Positions 49,787-59,319 of a DNA stretch of 64,000 bases are shown here, piece after piece. Origin of the DNA: Promethearchaeota archaeon (GTDB lineage: Archaea; Asgardarchaeota; Lokiarchaeia; Sigyniarchaeales; SOKP01). The notes beneath the pieces were generated by a model. That model was not told the DNA's origin. It was given only the letters and a program-made list of their open reading frames with translations, and did not search any database. The stretch lies in contig JBHLNS010000005.1 in NCBI GenBank assembly GCA_048941285.1, positions 32,001 to 96,000 of the forward strand. Direction: 5' to 3'. How positions within the stretch are numbered: the stretch's first letter is position 1; each line of letters starts with the position of its first letter. The position numbers and the translations under genes are program-made.

Positions 49787-50902
49787 TTATTTTATTGTTT
49801 TTATTCTATTTACTCCATTGAATTCTTCCATAAGGTTAATAACTTCATTAGGTACTAAATTTTTCCACTTTTTATCATTCCTTAGAATTAAATTTCTAAT
49901 ATTATTTCCATTGAATTTTTTTTTAAAAATGGTTATTTTCTTTTCAACTTTAATTCCTTTATTAGTAAATAATTCTCTTACCCAATCACTATTTGAATAG
50001 ACTGAATCAAGTTCCCCTACTTTTGAGAGTACGTGATCTACCCATTCATTTGCATTAAAAATATCAGGGATATTATAAATTTGATATACCTTTGAGGAGA
50101 TGCCTCTTTTTTCTAAAGCAGCGATTATAAATTTTTTTCTTTCATCACTCGTAAATGGATCATTTATAGTATGTGATAATTGAGAACTTCCTATAGCAAT
50201 TTTAATTTTTTTATAAGATTTTAAGATTTGTTTAATAACATATATATGACCATGATGAAGAGGTTGAAATCTTCCAATAAATAGAGCAGTCTCGTTTTCA
50301 CGTTCAATTGATTGTTCTATTTTTTTCTCGAAGATTGAATAAACGTTTGTATTTAAAAGTTTTTCCCAAATCTTTTTAGAATAATCTATATATTTTTCAT
50401 TTTCTAACAATTTTTCAAGTTCAGCTTTATTATAGAATCTACTATATCTAGGGTCTAATTCATTTAAATTTGGAATTAACGCAACTGAATATTCTACGCA
50501 TCCGATAAAAATATATGCTATTTCATTGCCTTCTGAATTTAAATCATAAAATCGGACTTTTTTAACTTTATTTCGAGGAATCCCAAATTCTTCTTCAAGT
50601 TCTCTCAAAGCATTATTCTTAATTTTATTTAGATTTAATTTTTTTTCCCAATTTATATGTCCTGAAGATGAATCTGTAAAATAATCTGGGAATGCTTTTT
50701 TATTTTTTCCACGTTTTTGGACTAAAAATAATGTAGAGCCATCTGGAGCTACTGATAGTATAAAAAGTCGCGTAATTAGATGACTAATATTTTTCTTGTG
50801 GGCTTCAATTCTTTCCATTGGAAAAATATATTTAGAAATCTGCCCCGATTGTAAATATTTTTTATTTTTTTTATCAATACAAGCTAAAATTTCTCTTTCC
50901 AT
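49787..50902 (-). CDS. Nudix domain + nicotinamide-nucleotide adenylyltransferase (NadM) fusion
   Basis: N-terminal ALRELEEEFG Nudix box; C-terminal GRFQPLHHGH and DPFTSDER. Confidence 0.85.
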   Translation of the reverse strand: MEREILACIDKKNKKYLQSGQISKYIFPMERIEAHKKNISHLITRLFILSVAPDGSTLFLVQKRGKNKKAFPDYFTDSSSGHINWEKKLNLNKIKNNALRELEEEFGIPRNKVKKVRFYDLNSEGNEIAYIFIGCVEYSVALIPNLNELDPRYSRFYNKAELEKLLENEKYIDYSKKIWEKLLNTNVYSIFEKKIEQSIERENETALFIGRFQPLHHGHIYVIKQILKSYKKIKIAIGSSQLSHTINDPFTSDERKKFIIAALEKRGISSKVYQIYNIPDIFNANEWVDHVLSKVGELDSVYSNSDWVRELFTNKGIKVEKKITIFKKKFNGNNIRNLILRNDKKWKNLVPNEVINLMEEFNGVNRIKTIK

Positions 50903-50918
50903 ATCTACGCACTTTTTT

Positions 50919-51761
50919 CTATAATTCTATAGTTATAGTATCCCCTATTTTAAATCCCAATTCCTTAGATGCATTTCCTTGATTGATTGATAACTCAAGA
51001 AAACCAGTTGAACCAACAAGAAACAAAATTGATCCAATAGGGAGACTTGAGAAGCTTAATGTAAAAAAAATTTTATATTTTTTATCGTTTATCTTGACTA
51101 AAATTTCTGAATCTTCGTTTATGATAATGTCACTATTCTTAATTATATTACCTACCATTTTTATATTAGTTGTTCCATTTCCAAAAGAATCTATATACTG
51201 AATTGAACATTGGACAACTTTTTTTTCAAAATCAATATCATAAATAATCTGGGATTCTTTTAAATTATTAAGGTTAAACTTAGGTCCAAAACTCCTTAAT
51301 GGAATACCAGATACTAAGTGTGCCGCAACTGGTGCCATAATATCCCTTCCATGAAATGTATTTGAAATAGGTATATTAAAGAATTCATTGTTTTGTATTT
51401 CAAAACATTCTTCTATATTAATAGTAGAAATTCCAGAAAAGATTCCATTATTAGGCCCAATAAAATAATGGTTTGATTTAGTTTTTAATAATAAAATTTC
51501 TCGAGAGCCTCCAACACCAGGATCTACTACGATTATAAAAGTTGTTCCTTTAGGAAAGTATATATATGTGGTTTCTAATATATATGATGCTTCAATTATA
51601 GAAAAAGGGGTAATGTTATGGGTGATATCTATTATTCTTATATTAGGGTTAATCTTTAAAATTACACCTTTCATACTAGCTACATAATGTTGACCTTTTA
51701 AGCCAAAATCAGTAAGTAAGCATATTAATTTTTGATTAAAATCCGCCATTTCAGAAAGCAA
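50919..51761 (-). CDS. SAM hydroxide adenosyltransferase/chlorinase family (DUF62)
   Basis: LLTDFG, VVDPGVG, GPNNG, TFHGRDIMAP, IDSFGN. Confidence 0.9.
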   Translation of the reverse strand: MLSEMADFNQKLICLLTDFGLKGQHYVASMKGVILKINPNIRIIDITHNITPFSIIEASYILETTYIYFPKGTTFIIVVDPGVGGSREILLLKTKSNHYFIGPNNGIFSGISTINIEECFEIQNNEFFNIPISNTFHGRDIMAPVAAHLVSGIPLRSFGPKFNLNNLKESQIIYDIDFEKKVVQCSIQYIDSFGNGTTNIKMVGNIIKNSDIIINEDSEILVKINDKKYKIFFTLSFSSLPIGSILFLVGSTGFLELSINQGNASKELGFKIGDTITIEL

Positions 51762-51809
51762 ACAAGTAATTTAATGGATAATATTTATGAAAAATAAAGC
51801 AAGAGATGT

Positions 51810-52715
51810 TTATTTATTTTTTCTATATTTTTCATCGATTTTATAAAAATCTTCCAAAGCTTTTGATTTTAGCCTATATTCCTCTTCTTTATCAAATTGA
51901 ACTAATTTTTTAGAAATCTCACTTGCTCTTCTATATGAGGTGTAAGCTGTATGGAAATCCTCATTTCTAAGTGCATTTCTAGCTTCTTGTACAATTTTAT
52001 CTCTCTCTCTTGATAGTTCGGGAATTTGCTCAGAGAAATTTCCCTTTTCTTTAAGAGAAGCCGCTATATCCATTATATATAGACCTTCTGCGATTTCTGC
52101 TGCTTTAGTATAAAATTTTGCTGCTTTCTCATAGTCTAAAGATTTCATTGCGCTTTCAGCGGTATTATAATATTCTGATATTTTATCATGTTCTCCGTTT
52201 TCGACTTTTTCTAAAAGATCCTGAGCAATTTTTCTTTCTTTTTTTCCGCCGCTAAGCATAAATTTAGTAATGTTAATAATACTACTTTTCAATGCTTCAG
52301 GCTGAAGTATATCAATTAAAGGCTCTAGATGTTCTAAATATATATCCTTTAATAATACTTCAAATTCTTCCTTCGTTTTCTTAAGAATGTTAAGGCTTGG
52401 AATCTCAAAGGCTTCTGCTGCTTCTTTTAGGGATGAGCGAAATTTCTCTGGTTTGTCATTCTCATTTAATAACATACCTATTATTATCCCCGATGCGTTT
52501 CGAATAAGCTTTCCTGTAAATTTATGAATATATGAAAAAATTTGAAGATTTTTAACTTTTAATAAATTATACTCATTTCTGGAGTGGTCAAGATTTAATC
52601 TTAGAAATAAATCATTTGTAATATCAAAAACAGCTGTACCCTCTTTAAAATAATATCCCAAAATCTTGTAATCTGAATCTGTAGGAAGTAATATAACAAA
52701 ACAGCCTTCTGGCAT
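51810..52715 (-). CDS. hypothetical protein: alpha/beta N-domain plus TPR/MIT-like helical repeats
   Basis: Two helical repeats (A...DYEKAAKFYTKAAEIA; A...EDFHTAYTSYRRASEIS). Confidence 0.65.
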   Translation of the reverse strand: MPEGCFVILLPTDSDYKILGYYFKEGTAVFDITNDLFLRLNLDHSRNEYNLLKVKNLQIFSYIHKFTGKLIRNASGIIIGMLLNENDKPEKFRSSLKEAAEAFEIPSLNILKKTKEEFEVLLKDIYLEHLEPLIDILQPEALKSSIINITKFMLSGGKKERKIAQDLLEKVENGEHDKISEYYNTAESAMKSLDYEKAAKFYTKAAEIAEGLYIMDIAASLKEKGNFSEQIPELSRERDKIVQEARNALRNEDFHTAYTSYRRASEISKKLVQFDKEEEYRLKSKALEDFYKIDEKYRKNK

Positions 52716-52788
52716 TTAAGTTTTTACACCTTTTAGATAAATATTTTTAAGCTAAATTAAGACTAAATTCAATTAGACTAAAAATTTT

Positions 52789-53208
52789 TTATTGACTAGC
52801 ACTAATGATTCTATTTGTCTCTTCTCTTATACTTTGGATTATATTCAGTAATTGTGCAAAATAGAGATTGTCAGTTACCGCCTTAGATGCTTTTTTTATT
52901 ATGTCAATTGCTTTCTTTTCTTCTTCTGTTATCGCTTCAATAGATTTCTTATCCCATAGTTCTTTTAGTTTTTGATTAAAATCATCAGACAAGTCTGTAA
53001 GACTTTTTGTTGACTGCACCCTGAATTGCTTTAAAACTTCTACTATTAATCTAATATTTTCTGTCATAGCTACTGTTTGTTCAGAAAAATTTTGACTCAT
53101 TTGATTTATTGCACCCCTCATTTGATTAATCTGAGCTATCGTTCCATCTAAAGAAGCCATAATTTGATTTATTTTTTGAATCATCTCATCCAATAACTTC
53201 TCTGCCAT
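52789..53208 (-). CDS. coiled-coil hypothetical protein
   Basis: Heptad pattern; its start overlaps the stop of the upstream gene. Confidence 0.7.
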   Translation of the reverse strand: MAEKLLDEMIQKINQIMASLDGTIAQINQMRGAINQMSQNFSEQTVAMTENIRLIVEVLKQFRVQSTKSLTDLSDDFNQKLKELWDKKSIEAITEEEKKAIDIIKKASKAVTDNLYFAQLLNIIQSIREETNRIISASQ

Positions 53209-53621
53209 TATTCTAATACCTCTTCTTCTTTAATAGATTTTTTAAGAATTTTAACAGAATCAATTGCTTCTGATAACAATAAATTTACAGTATCCTGATT
53301 GAGAACTCCTTCTGAAAGCTTAGAGAAATCTTCAAGTTTCTTTATAAGATTTTTAAGCGCATCTAAACCTAAACCTTCTTGAATTACTTTTAATTCGGTT
53401 GTTGTTCCTGCTCCAATTTCCTTAACAACATCGATATGTTTAGTTTGAGTGACATTTATTTCATTTGAGAATTCCTCTAATTTTGCAGTTAAATTTGAAA
53501 TCTTATTTTCAATATTTTGATTAAGGCTATCGATAGAAGTCTTTAGCTCTTGTATAGCTTGACCTAGTTGTGCTATTCTTTTATAAATATTCTGAAGGAG
53601 ATCTGTTAACATTTCAGCCAT
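53208..53621 (-). CDS. coiled-coil hypothetical protein (probable distant paralog of 52789..53208)
   Basis: MAExLxDxxQxI N-terminus, similar length, heptad pattern. Confidence 0.7.
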   Translation of the reverse strand: MAEMLTDLLQNIYKRIAQLGQAIQELKTSIDSLNQNIENKISNLTAKLEEFSNEINVTQTKHIDVVKEIGAGTTTELKVIQEGLGLDALKNLIKKLEDFSKLSEGVLNQDTVNLLLSEAIDSVKILKKSIKEEEVLE

Positions 53622-53763
53622 TGCATATCAACTTATTCAATAATTTTTTATTAATTAACTAAAGTCTCTTTTTATTATTTCAATTATAAATTAAAAAGAT
53701 AAAAATTTTTATCTTTTTTCTGATTTAATTAGTTTATAATAATTAATCATTTTCAATTTACTT

Positions 53764-53909
53764 GGGCCATTAGCTCAGATTGGTTAACAAGTTTTTATAT
53801 GCTTGGTCAACAAGCGCAGGTCTTATAAATGACTATCGGACATACAGTAAATAGAACTGTCCGATAAAGTAAAAACCTGAGATCCGGGGTTCAAATCCCC
53901 GATGGCCCA
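53764..53909 (+). tRNA. tRNA-Ile(UAU) with two introns (53787-53811 in the D-loop; 53829-53874 at 38/39)
   Basis: Acceptor GGGCCAT/ATGGCCC, A73, anticodon stem CAGGT/ACCTG with loop CT-TAT-AA, T-arm CGGGG-TTCAAAT-CCCCG; 75 nt mature, CCA not encoded. Confidence 0.85.
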
Positions 53910-54066
53910 TTTTCAATAGATTTTTTAAGAAATAATTTTGATATTTAGACTAATATTCGTGAAACATCTATTTTACGCTTATTCATATATACCTTAAGGA
54001 TATGTCTAGATATATTTGCATAATATTATTGATTAAAATTAGGAGTAAAAATATTAGAAAGAAGTT

Positions 54067-54759
54067 TTATTTATCTAAATTTGAACTGATTAAATCAAGA
54101 AGCCATTTTTTTATTTGTGTAAGATTTTTAAGAATTCCAGGTACAAGATTATCAGGAAAAGTGTGTTCTTGTTCCAATCTTTGAGCAGTTTCCATCCACT
54201 TATTTAGAGCTAATTGTACTAAGCTAGCACCCTCAGCTTCCATAAATATTGGGACAACAGCTGCAGATTCTCTAGCATCACCTATAGCAAAATAAATTTT
54301 TCTATTTATTCCTTTTAACATCACTAAGTTAGCACATTCATCAAGTTTTCTTTCAACTAATATGCTTTTTAAAATCTGATTTTTTAATTGAGTGTCCTTC
54401 TTAGTGAATAGATTTTTGCGCTTTTTTAGTAACGGTTGAATTTCTGATATTACTTTATCACCAGTGGTTCCCTCACTAAAATATTTAGTGATTTTTAAAG
54501 ATTTATCTAAAGCTTCTATAGAAATGAATTTTTTGCTATTTGAATAAAATACTGCTTTAGATCCACCCTCATCTTCACTTGAAGATAGTTTTATATAGAT
54601 ATTTCTCATAGTTACTGAATTACATGTATGATAGGCTAATTCAAATAACTCTCGAGGAATTAGAGCCTCATATTCTTCTTCTATTTTTTTAGAAAGCCAT
54701 TGAGAAGTAATAACATTATTAAATTGGGTTAAAAGCCTGTTTTCCATTACAAACCCCAA
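54067..54759 (-). CDS. hypothetical protein
   Basis: Long ORF with typical composition; no motif recognised. Confidence 0.7.
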   Translation of the reverse strand: MGFVMENRLLTQFNNVITSQWLSKKIEEEYEALIPRELFELAYHTCNSVTMRNIYIKLSSSEDEGGSKAVFYSNSKKFISIEALDKSLKITKYFSEGTTGDKVISEIQPLLKKRKNLFTKKDTQLKNQILKSILVERKLDECANLVMLKGINRKIYFAIGDARESAAVVPIFMEAEGASLVQLALNKWMETAQRLEQEHTFPDNLVPGILKNLTQIKKWLLDLISSNLDK

Positions 54760-54866
54760 CGCACGATTTTGAATCCTTCAAATAATTTTTATTTAAATAT
54801 AATACTTCTAGTTTTTATTTATTTTTATTTCTGTTCAAATAGAATATTGAAAAATGTGAAATATTT

Positions 54867-56243
54867 TTATTTTTTGACTATTTGATTATAAGCTTTTTCA
54901 AATCTCTCCACGGCAGAAACGATATTTTTTTCAGTTGCTCCAATTGCAGCGTTCATTACAATATAAGGGGTTGGATAATTTTTACAACATGTCCCAAATA
55001 CATTTTCTTTTGGATTGTATACTCTTGGTCCGGTGACTCGTAAATTATATAATGCTCCGCCAAGAGCGTATAATTGTTCTTTTTTCAAATTATTTAATGA
55101 TAATGCTACAGCTACTGGATTATAAATATCAAGAACTTTTTCATTTATTTTTTCAGCAACTTCTCTGAGTTTCACATCTAAAATTTTCCGGTTTTTCTGT
55201 TGTTCTACAATTAATTTTTGATAACCAGAAATACCCAAAGACAACATTGAAATTAAAAAGTTCACAACTGGTGTAGCTGAGGCACGACCGGCATATGCTT
55301 GGCTGATTTTTTTTATATTTTCTTTTAAAGGGGATGCTATAACTGCCCCGCCGACAGGTGTAAGAAAATTCTTATCTGTCGATTGAATAATAGCATCTAT
55401 TCTTCCTGCATCAATTCCAGATCGAATTATTTTCATCCATTCTGGACTTTGGACGCCATATGCGTTTATAACGATGTGAACGAGGTTATTCTCTTTTGCA
55501 AATTTACTTATTTCTTTAATATTATCATGTTCTCGTGGTGGAAAAAAGCTAGTAATTGAAATTATGCCAAAACAATCACTATCCAAAGTATTTTTTATAT
55601 CCTCAATCGGTATTCTAACGGCGTCTCCAAAAATCTGTCCTGGAACAATTTTAGCATTAAATCCCATGAGAGCAATTGATTTTAAAAGAGATTTATGATC
55701 AATCTGAGGAACTAAGACTGTTCGTTTATCAGTCGAATTCTTCTCACTCTGATTTGGCCTTAACGCGCCTAATGCTAAGGATAATGACATTCCTGTGCAT
55801 AATGGGACTACAATTGCATCCTCTATGTTAGGTAACCCAGCATTTCTTAAGATACTTCGAGCTAAATAGTTGGATATTTCATACATTATAGATCCTCCTG
55901 GTGCTTTTGGTTGAGGAGCTGTTAAAAAGCCGCTTCTTCCAACACCATGACAAAACCCGGCAGAAGTCTTTAAATGTAGTTTTGATGCGATTCTCGCTTC
56001 TCTTTCGCCTACTCTAGCGGCATTATAATCTTTATCCGTATCCATATTCGAAAGGGTTTGAAGCAGAAACTCAATTTGTTCATCAGTCCAAGGTTCAATA
56101 GGTACAGATCTTTGCTCAAAAAGGATTTTAATAGGTTTCAAGAACTCATTTAAAACAAGTTGACCCCTATTCAGCATATTTTCAGGAATATTTGAATTTT
56201 CAAAAAAATCTATAATTTTGTTAAAATCAACCATTAAAAACAC
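54867..56243 (-). CDS. spcS: O-phosphoseryl-tRNA(Sec) selenium transferase (SepSecS)
   Basis: GEREAR, HGVGRSG...QPKAPG, TGMSL, DHKS, NAYG, QSTDKNF, YAGRAS. Confidence 0.95.
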   Translation of the reverse strand: MFLMVDFNKIIDFFENSNIPENMLNRGQLVLNEFLKPIKILFEQRSVPIEPWTDEQIEFLLQTLSNMDTDKDYNAARVGEREARIASKLHLKTSAGFCHGVGRSGFLTAPQPKAPGGSIMYEISNYLARSILRNAGLPNIEDAIVVPLCTGMSLSLALGALRPNQSEKNSTDKRTVLVPQIDHKSLLKSIALMGFNAKIVPGQIFGDAVRIPIEDIKNTLDSDCFGIISITSFFPPREHDNIKEISKFAKENNLVHIVINAYGVQSPEWMKIIRSGIDAGRIDAIIQSTDKNFLTPVGGAVIASPLKENIKKISQAYAGRASATPVVNFLISMLSLGISGYQKLIVEQQKNRKILDVKLREVAEKINEKVLDIYNPVAVALSLNNLKKEQLYALGGALYNLRVTGPRVYNPKENVFGTCCKNYPTPYIVMNAAIGATEKNIVSAVERFEKAYNQIVKK

Positions 56244-56256
56244 TTTATCTATAATT

Positions 56257-56349
56257 TGGCGGCCCTCGAGGGGAATCGAACCCCTACCCCTCCGCAGGAT
56301 AACTGGGTTTGAAGCCCAGCGTCAGAGACCACTCCAACCGTCAAGGGCC
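56257..56349 (-). tRNA. selC: tRNA-Sec (anticodon UCA), 9/4 fold, CCA encoded
   Basis: 9-bp acceptor GGCCCTTGA/TCGAGGGCC, 7-bp D stem, CTGGG-CTTCAAA-CCCAG anticodon arm, long variable arm, 4-bp T stem, GCCA end; directly upstream of SepSecS. Confidence 0.95.
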
Positions 56350-56422
56350 ATAAAAACTTCTTGCTGCTAATTCAATTTATTTATCTTTTTAAAATAAGTT
56401 TTTGGTTATATATAATCATAAT

Positions 56423-57637
56423 TTAAAAAAATTCTGAGATATCTTTTCCTTCTTCAAAGATAGCATTAATTTTCTCCATAAAATTAGGAATGTCTATTTG
56501 TTGAGGACATTTATCGAGACATTCACCACATTTTGTACATAAATTAGCAGCTCCATCTGCTTCATCTCCATCAGACAACATTGTTTCCAAATCTTCTGAG
56601 GTTTTTGCCATCCTATTGTAAAAGAACATAAGTCTCTCTTTACGCTCATTACCCCAATAACCTATTTCATTTAGTAATCTGAACACCCATGGAATTGAAA
56701 CCCCATTTGGACAGGGTATACAATATTTGCACCCAGTACAAGGTACAAGGTTGTATTTTCTATATGCTTTACGTAATTCAGTAATTGTTTTTAATTCTTT
56801 TTCAGTTAAATGTTTTATCCCTGATCGATCTGCCGATTCTATATTTTCTTTTACCTGTTGCATTTTACTCATGCCACTTAGGACAACTGAAACTTCAGGA
56901 TGACTCCAAACGAATTGTAAGGCTAATTCAGCCATTGTTCTCTCAGTTTTATTCTTTTTTAGAATTTCGTTAATTTCAGGTTTTGAATCTAATTTTTCTA
57001 CAGGAATAGCTAACTGGCCTCCTCGAATCGGCTCCATAATAATTAATGCTATATTCTTTTCACCAGCATATTTTACTCCTTTTATTCCTGCTTGATATTC
57101 AACATCTAAATAATTAAATTGGATTTGACAGCAGTCCCATTTATAAAAATCAATAGCCTCTTTGAACACTTCAAATGTATCATGAAATGAAAAACCTACA
57201 TACTTAATCAATCCACTATTCCTTGCTTCTTCCATTTTCTCGATTAATTTGAATTTTTTGATCTTTTCTAATCGTTCTTTATTTAACCCATGGAATAGAT
57301 ATATATCAGGTTTGGATTGTAATCTTTCAATTTGTTCATGTAAGAATTCATCAAAATCCTCTCTTTTTTTAACTAACCACAAAGGTAATTTTGTTGTAAG
57401 ATGAACTTTCTCACGATACCCCTCTTGGAGTGCTTTTCCCACAATTACTTCACTCTGCCCATTGTGGTAAGGATATGCTGTGTCGATATAATTTATCCCA
57501 TTATCAATAGCGTAACGAAGCATTTTAATTGCCTGTTCTTCATCAACAGTCTTTTGATCCACTATAGGAAATCTCATTGCTCCGAATCCAAGAACAGATA
57601 CATCCCAGTTAAGAGAACCCATTCTTCTATATTTCAT
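56423..57637 (-). CDS. aldo/keto reductase with C-terminal 4Fe-4S dicluster
   Basis: LGFGAMR, DTAYPY, GFSFH, MEP, CTGCKYCIPCP, CTKCGECLDKCPQ. Confidence 0.9.
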   Translation of the reverse strand: MKYRRMGSLNWDVSVLGFGAMRFPIVDQKTVDEEQAIKMLRYAIDNGINYIDTAYPYHNGQSEVIVGKALQEGYREKVHLTTKLPLWLVKKREDFDEFLHEQIERLQSKPDIYLFHGLNKERLEKIKKFKLIEKMEEARNSGLIKYVGFSFHDTFEVFKEAIDFYKWDCCQIQFNYLDVEYQAGIKGVKYAGEKNIALIIMEPIRGGQLAIPVEKLDSKPEINEILKKNKTERTMAELALQFVWSHPEVSVVLSGMSKMQQVKENIESADRSGIKHLTEKELKTITELRKAYRKYNLVPCTGCKYCIPCPNGVSIPWVFRLLNEIGYWGNERKERLMFFYNRMAKTSEDLETMLSDGDEADGAANLCTKCGECLDKCPQQIDIPNFMEKINAIFEEGKDISEFF

Positions 57638-57893
57638 ATTAATCCTATAATTTTTATGATAGATATTCTAAAGTAAAAATAATAATTGAAATTTTTTATT
57701 ATTTTCAATCTAGAATCAAATTTTCATGTTTATTGAGAAAATTAGATCATATAGATAAAAGAAATTTTATTGAAATAACTATTTCAAAAGTCAAGTTTTT
57801 TTAATAATGAATTAGTAAATTTTGACTGTTTTTCTCTTTATAAATATGTAACTGTTATCTATTTAAAAGAAAGTTATAAAAAAGTGAAATTTT

Positions 57894-58049
57894 ATGAGTA
57901 GCGAAGGAGAATTCTTAATCAAATTACAATTAATCGAATGCCCTTTTTTTCCATCATGTAGACTTCCAAAAATACAATTTTTATGTAAAATCCCAGAATG
58001 TAAAAACTGTCCTGATTATATTTCTAAACTACAAAAAATTAGGACATAA
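57894..58049 (+). CDS. small Cys-rich hypothetical protein (51 aa)
   Basis: MSSEGEFLIKLQLIECPFFPSCRLPKIQFLCKIPECKNCPDYISKLQKIRT; below the ORF-track cutoff. Confidence 0.55.
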   Translation: MSSEGEFLIKLQLIECPFFPSCRLPKIQFLCKIPECKNCPDYISKLQKIRT

Positions 58050-58053
58050 AAAA

Positions 58054-58776
58054 CTAAAATTTACTAGTAATTTGGTTTCTATATTTAATATATTCCTTCA
58101 GATGTTTAATTTTTTCAAGTTTAAAGCGTTTTATTCCCAATTCTGACATTGTAATATCATAAATCTTTTCAATAAAAGTAACAATTAGGAATGCTGTAGC
58201 ACCCCATACAGTGTATTTCTGAGTATTTTCATTGTCTATGTAATTAAAATAAAAAATTGGAAACTTCCTGTTTTCTATATCTACAGCTTGTTCTCTAAAA
58301 TTAATTTTACTTGTGAAAAAGTTAATTGGAATTTTTAAGATTCTCTGAACTTCTCTGTCATCTTTTACTAAAACTTGATCTTTATCAATAACTCCTAAAA
58401 ATGGGGTTATAATATATCGTGTCATTGTGGGAAAATCATCTAAGCATCCCAAAATACTAATATTTTTCCTATGTACTCCAATTTCTTCTTCTGTTTCCCT
58501 TAATACGGTATCTTTTAAATGTTTATCAAGCTTAGGGTCAAATTTTCCTCCAGGAAATGACATTTCCCCACTATGCCTTGTTCCTTTTTCTGAACGATGA
58601 ATTAAAACTAATTCATACGGTTTATCTCGATAGGGAATTATTGTAAAAAGAACAGCAGAACTAGTAAAAAAAGCATCTTTAATAGAGACTCTTAATGGAG
58701 AATCACAAGGATATAGAGCTTTTCTAATTAAATCTCTATCAAAAATAAAGGTTGCTGTATCCATTTCTTTTAGCAA
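58054..58776 (-). CDS. CoA pyrophosphatase-type Nudix hydrolase
   Basis: SAVL, RHSGEMSFPGG, LRETEEEIG, VWGATA. Confidence 0.88.
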   Translation of the reverse strand: MLKEMDTATFIFDRDLIRKALYPCDSPLRVSIKDAFFTSSAVLFTIIPYRDKPYELVLIHRSEKGTRHSGEMSFPGGKFDPKLDKHLKDTVLRETEEEIGVHRKNISILGCLDDFPTMTRYIITPFLGVIDKDQVLVKDDREVQRILKIPINFFTSKINFREQAVDIENRKFPIFYFNYIDNENTQKYTVWGATAFLIVTFIEKIYDITMSELGIKRFKLEKIKHLKEYIKYRNQITSKF

Positions 58777-58847
58777 AAATTTTAAGATATTATGTATTTA
58801 AAAAACATAATATTCTATTCTAATAAAGTTTTTACAAGTGTTTAGCT

Positions 58848-59147
58848 ATGAAACTTCCGAAGGAGATTAAAGATAAAAAAGAATTAACTAGATTAACTAA
58901 AAGTAAAAAGTGCTCTATAAAAGGTTGCGGAGAAATTGCCATACGTTCACTTTCAGAAAATACTTGGAAAAATTACATTGAAAAAGCAGGTCTACAATTT
59001 AATAACAATTCTTTTCATAAGATTTATTTATGTAAAGCCCATTATAATCAATCCAATAAATATAGGAAATCACAAGAAAAGATTTTTCAGAAAAAAGGAT
59101 TTTTAGATAATTCAGAAGCAGCAAAAAAAGGAAAATGGGATTATTAA
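58848..59147 (+). CDS. small basic zinc-finger protein
   Basis: CSIKGC...LCKAH, Lys-rich. Confidence 0.65.
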   Translation: MKLPKEIKDKKELTRLTKSKKCSIKGCGEIAIRSLSENTWKNYIEKAGLQFNNNSFHKIYLCKAHYNQSNKYRKSQEKIFQKKGFLDNSEAAKKGKWDY

Positions 59148-59269
59148 GGAATTAATGCCATTTCTTCATAAATAGAATTTAACAATAGATGTTGTCCTTG
59201 AATTATTCCTATCACCAAAAGTGATAATGCAACTAGAAAGATTATAATTGCAATTAGTTTATTTCTCAT
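59144..59269 (-). CDS. small single-pass membrane protein (41 aa)
   Basis: MRNKLIAIIIFLVALSLLVIGIIQGQHLLLNSIYEEMALIP; fills the gap between neighbouring genes. Confidence 0.5.
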   Translation of the reverse strand: MRNKLIAIIIFLVALSLLVIGIIQGQHLLLNSIYEEMALIP

Positions 59270-59319
59270 CTTTATCAAGTTTTAAAATATTTGATAATAA
59301 AATATTTTTACGAAAAAAC

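Noticed and set aside
53829-53874. C/D-box guide RNA within the tRNA-Ile intron
   Set aside because: Only degenerate ATGACTA/CCGA matches, and they are sequestered in a hairpin; insufficient support.
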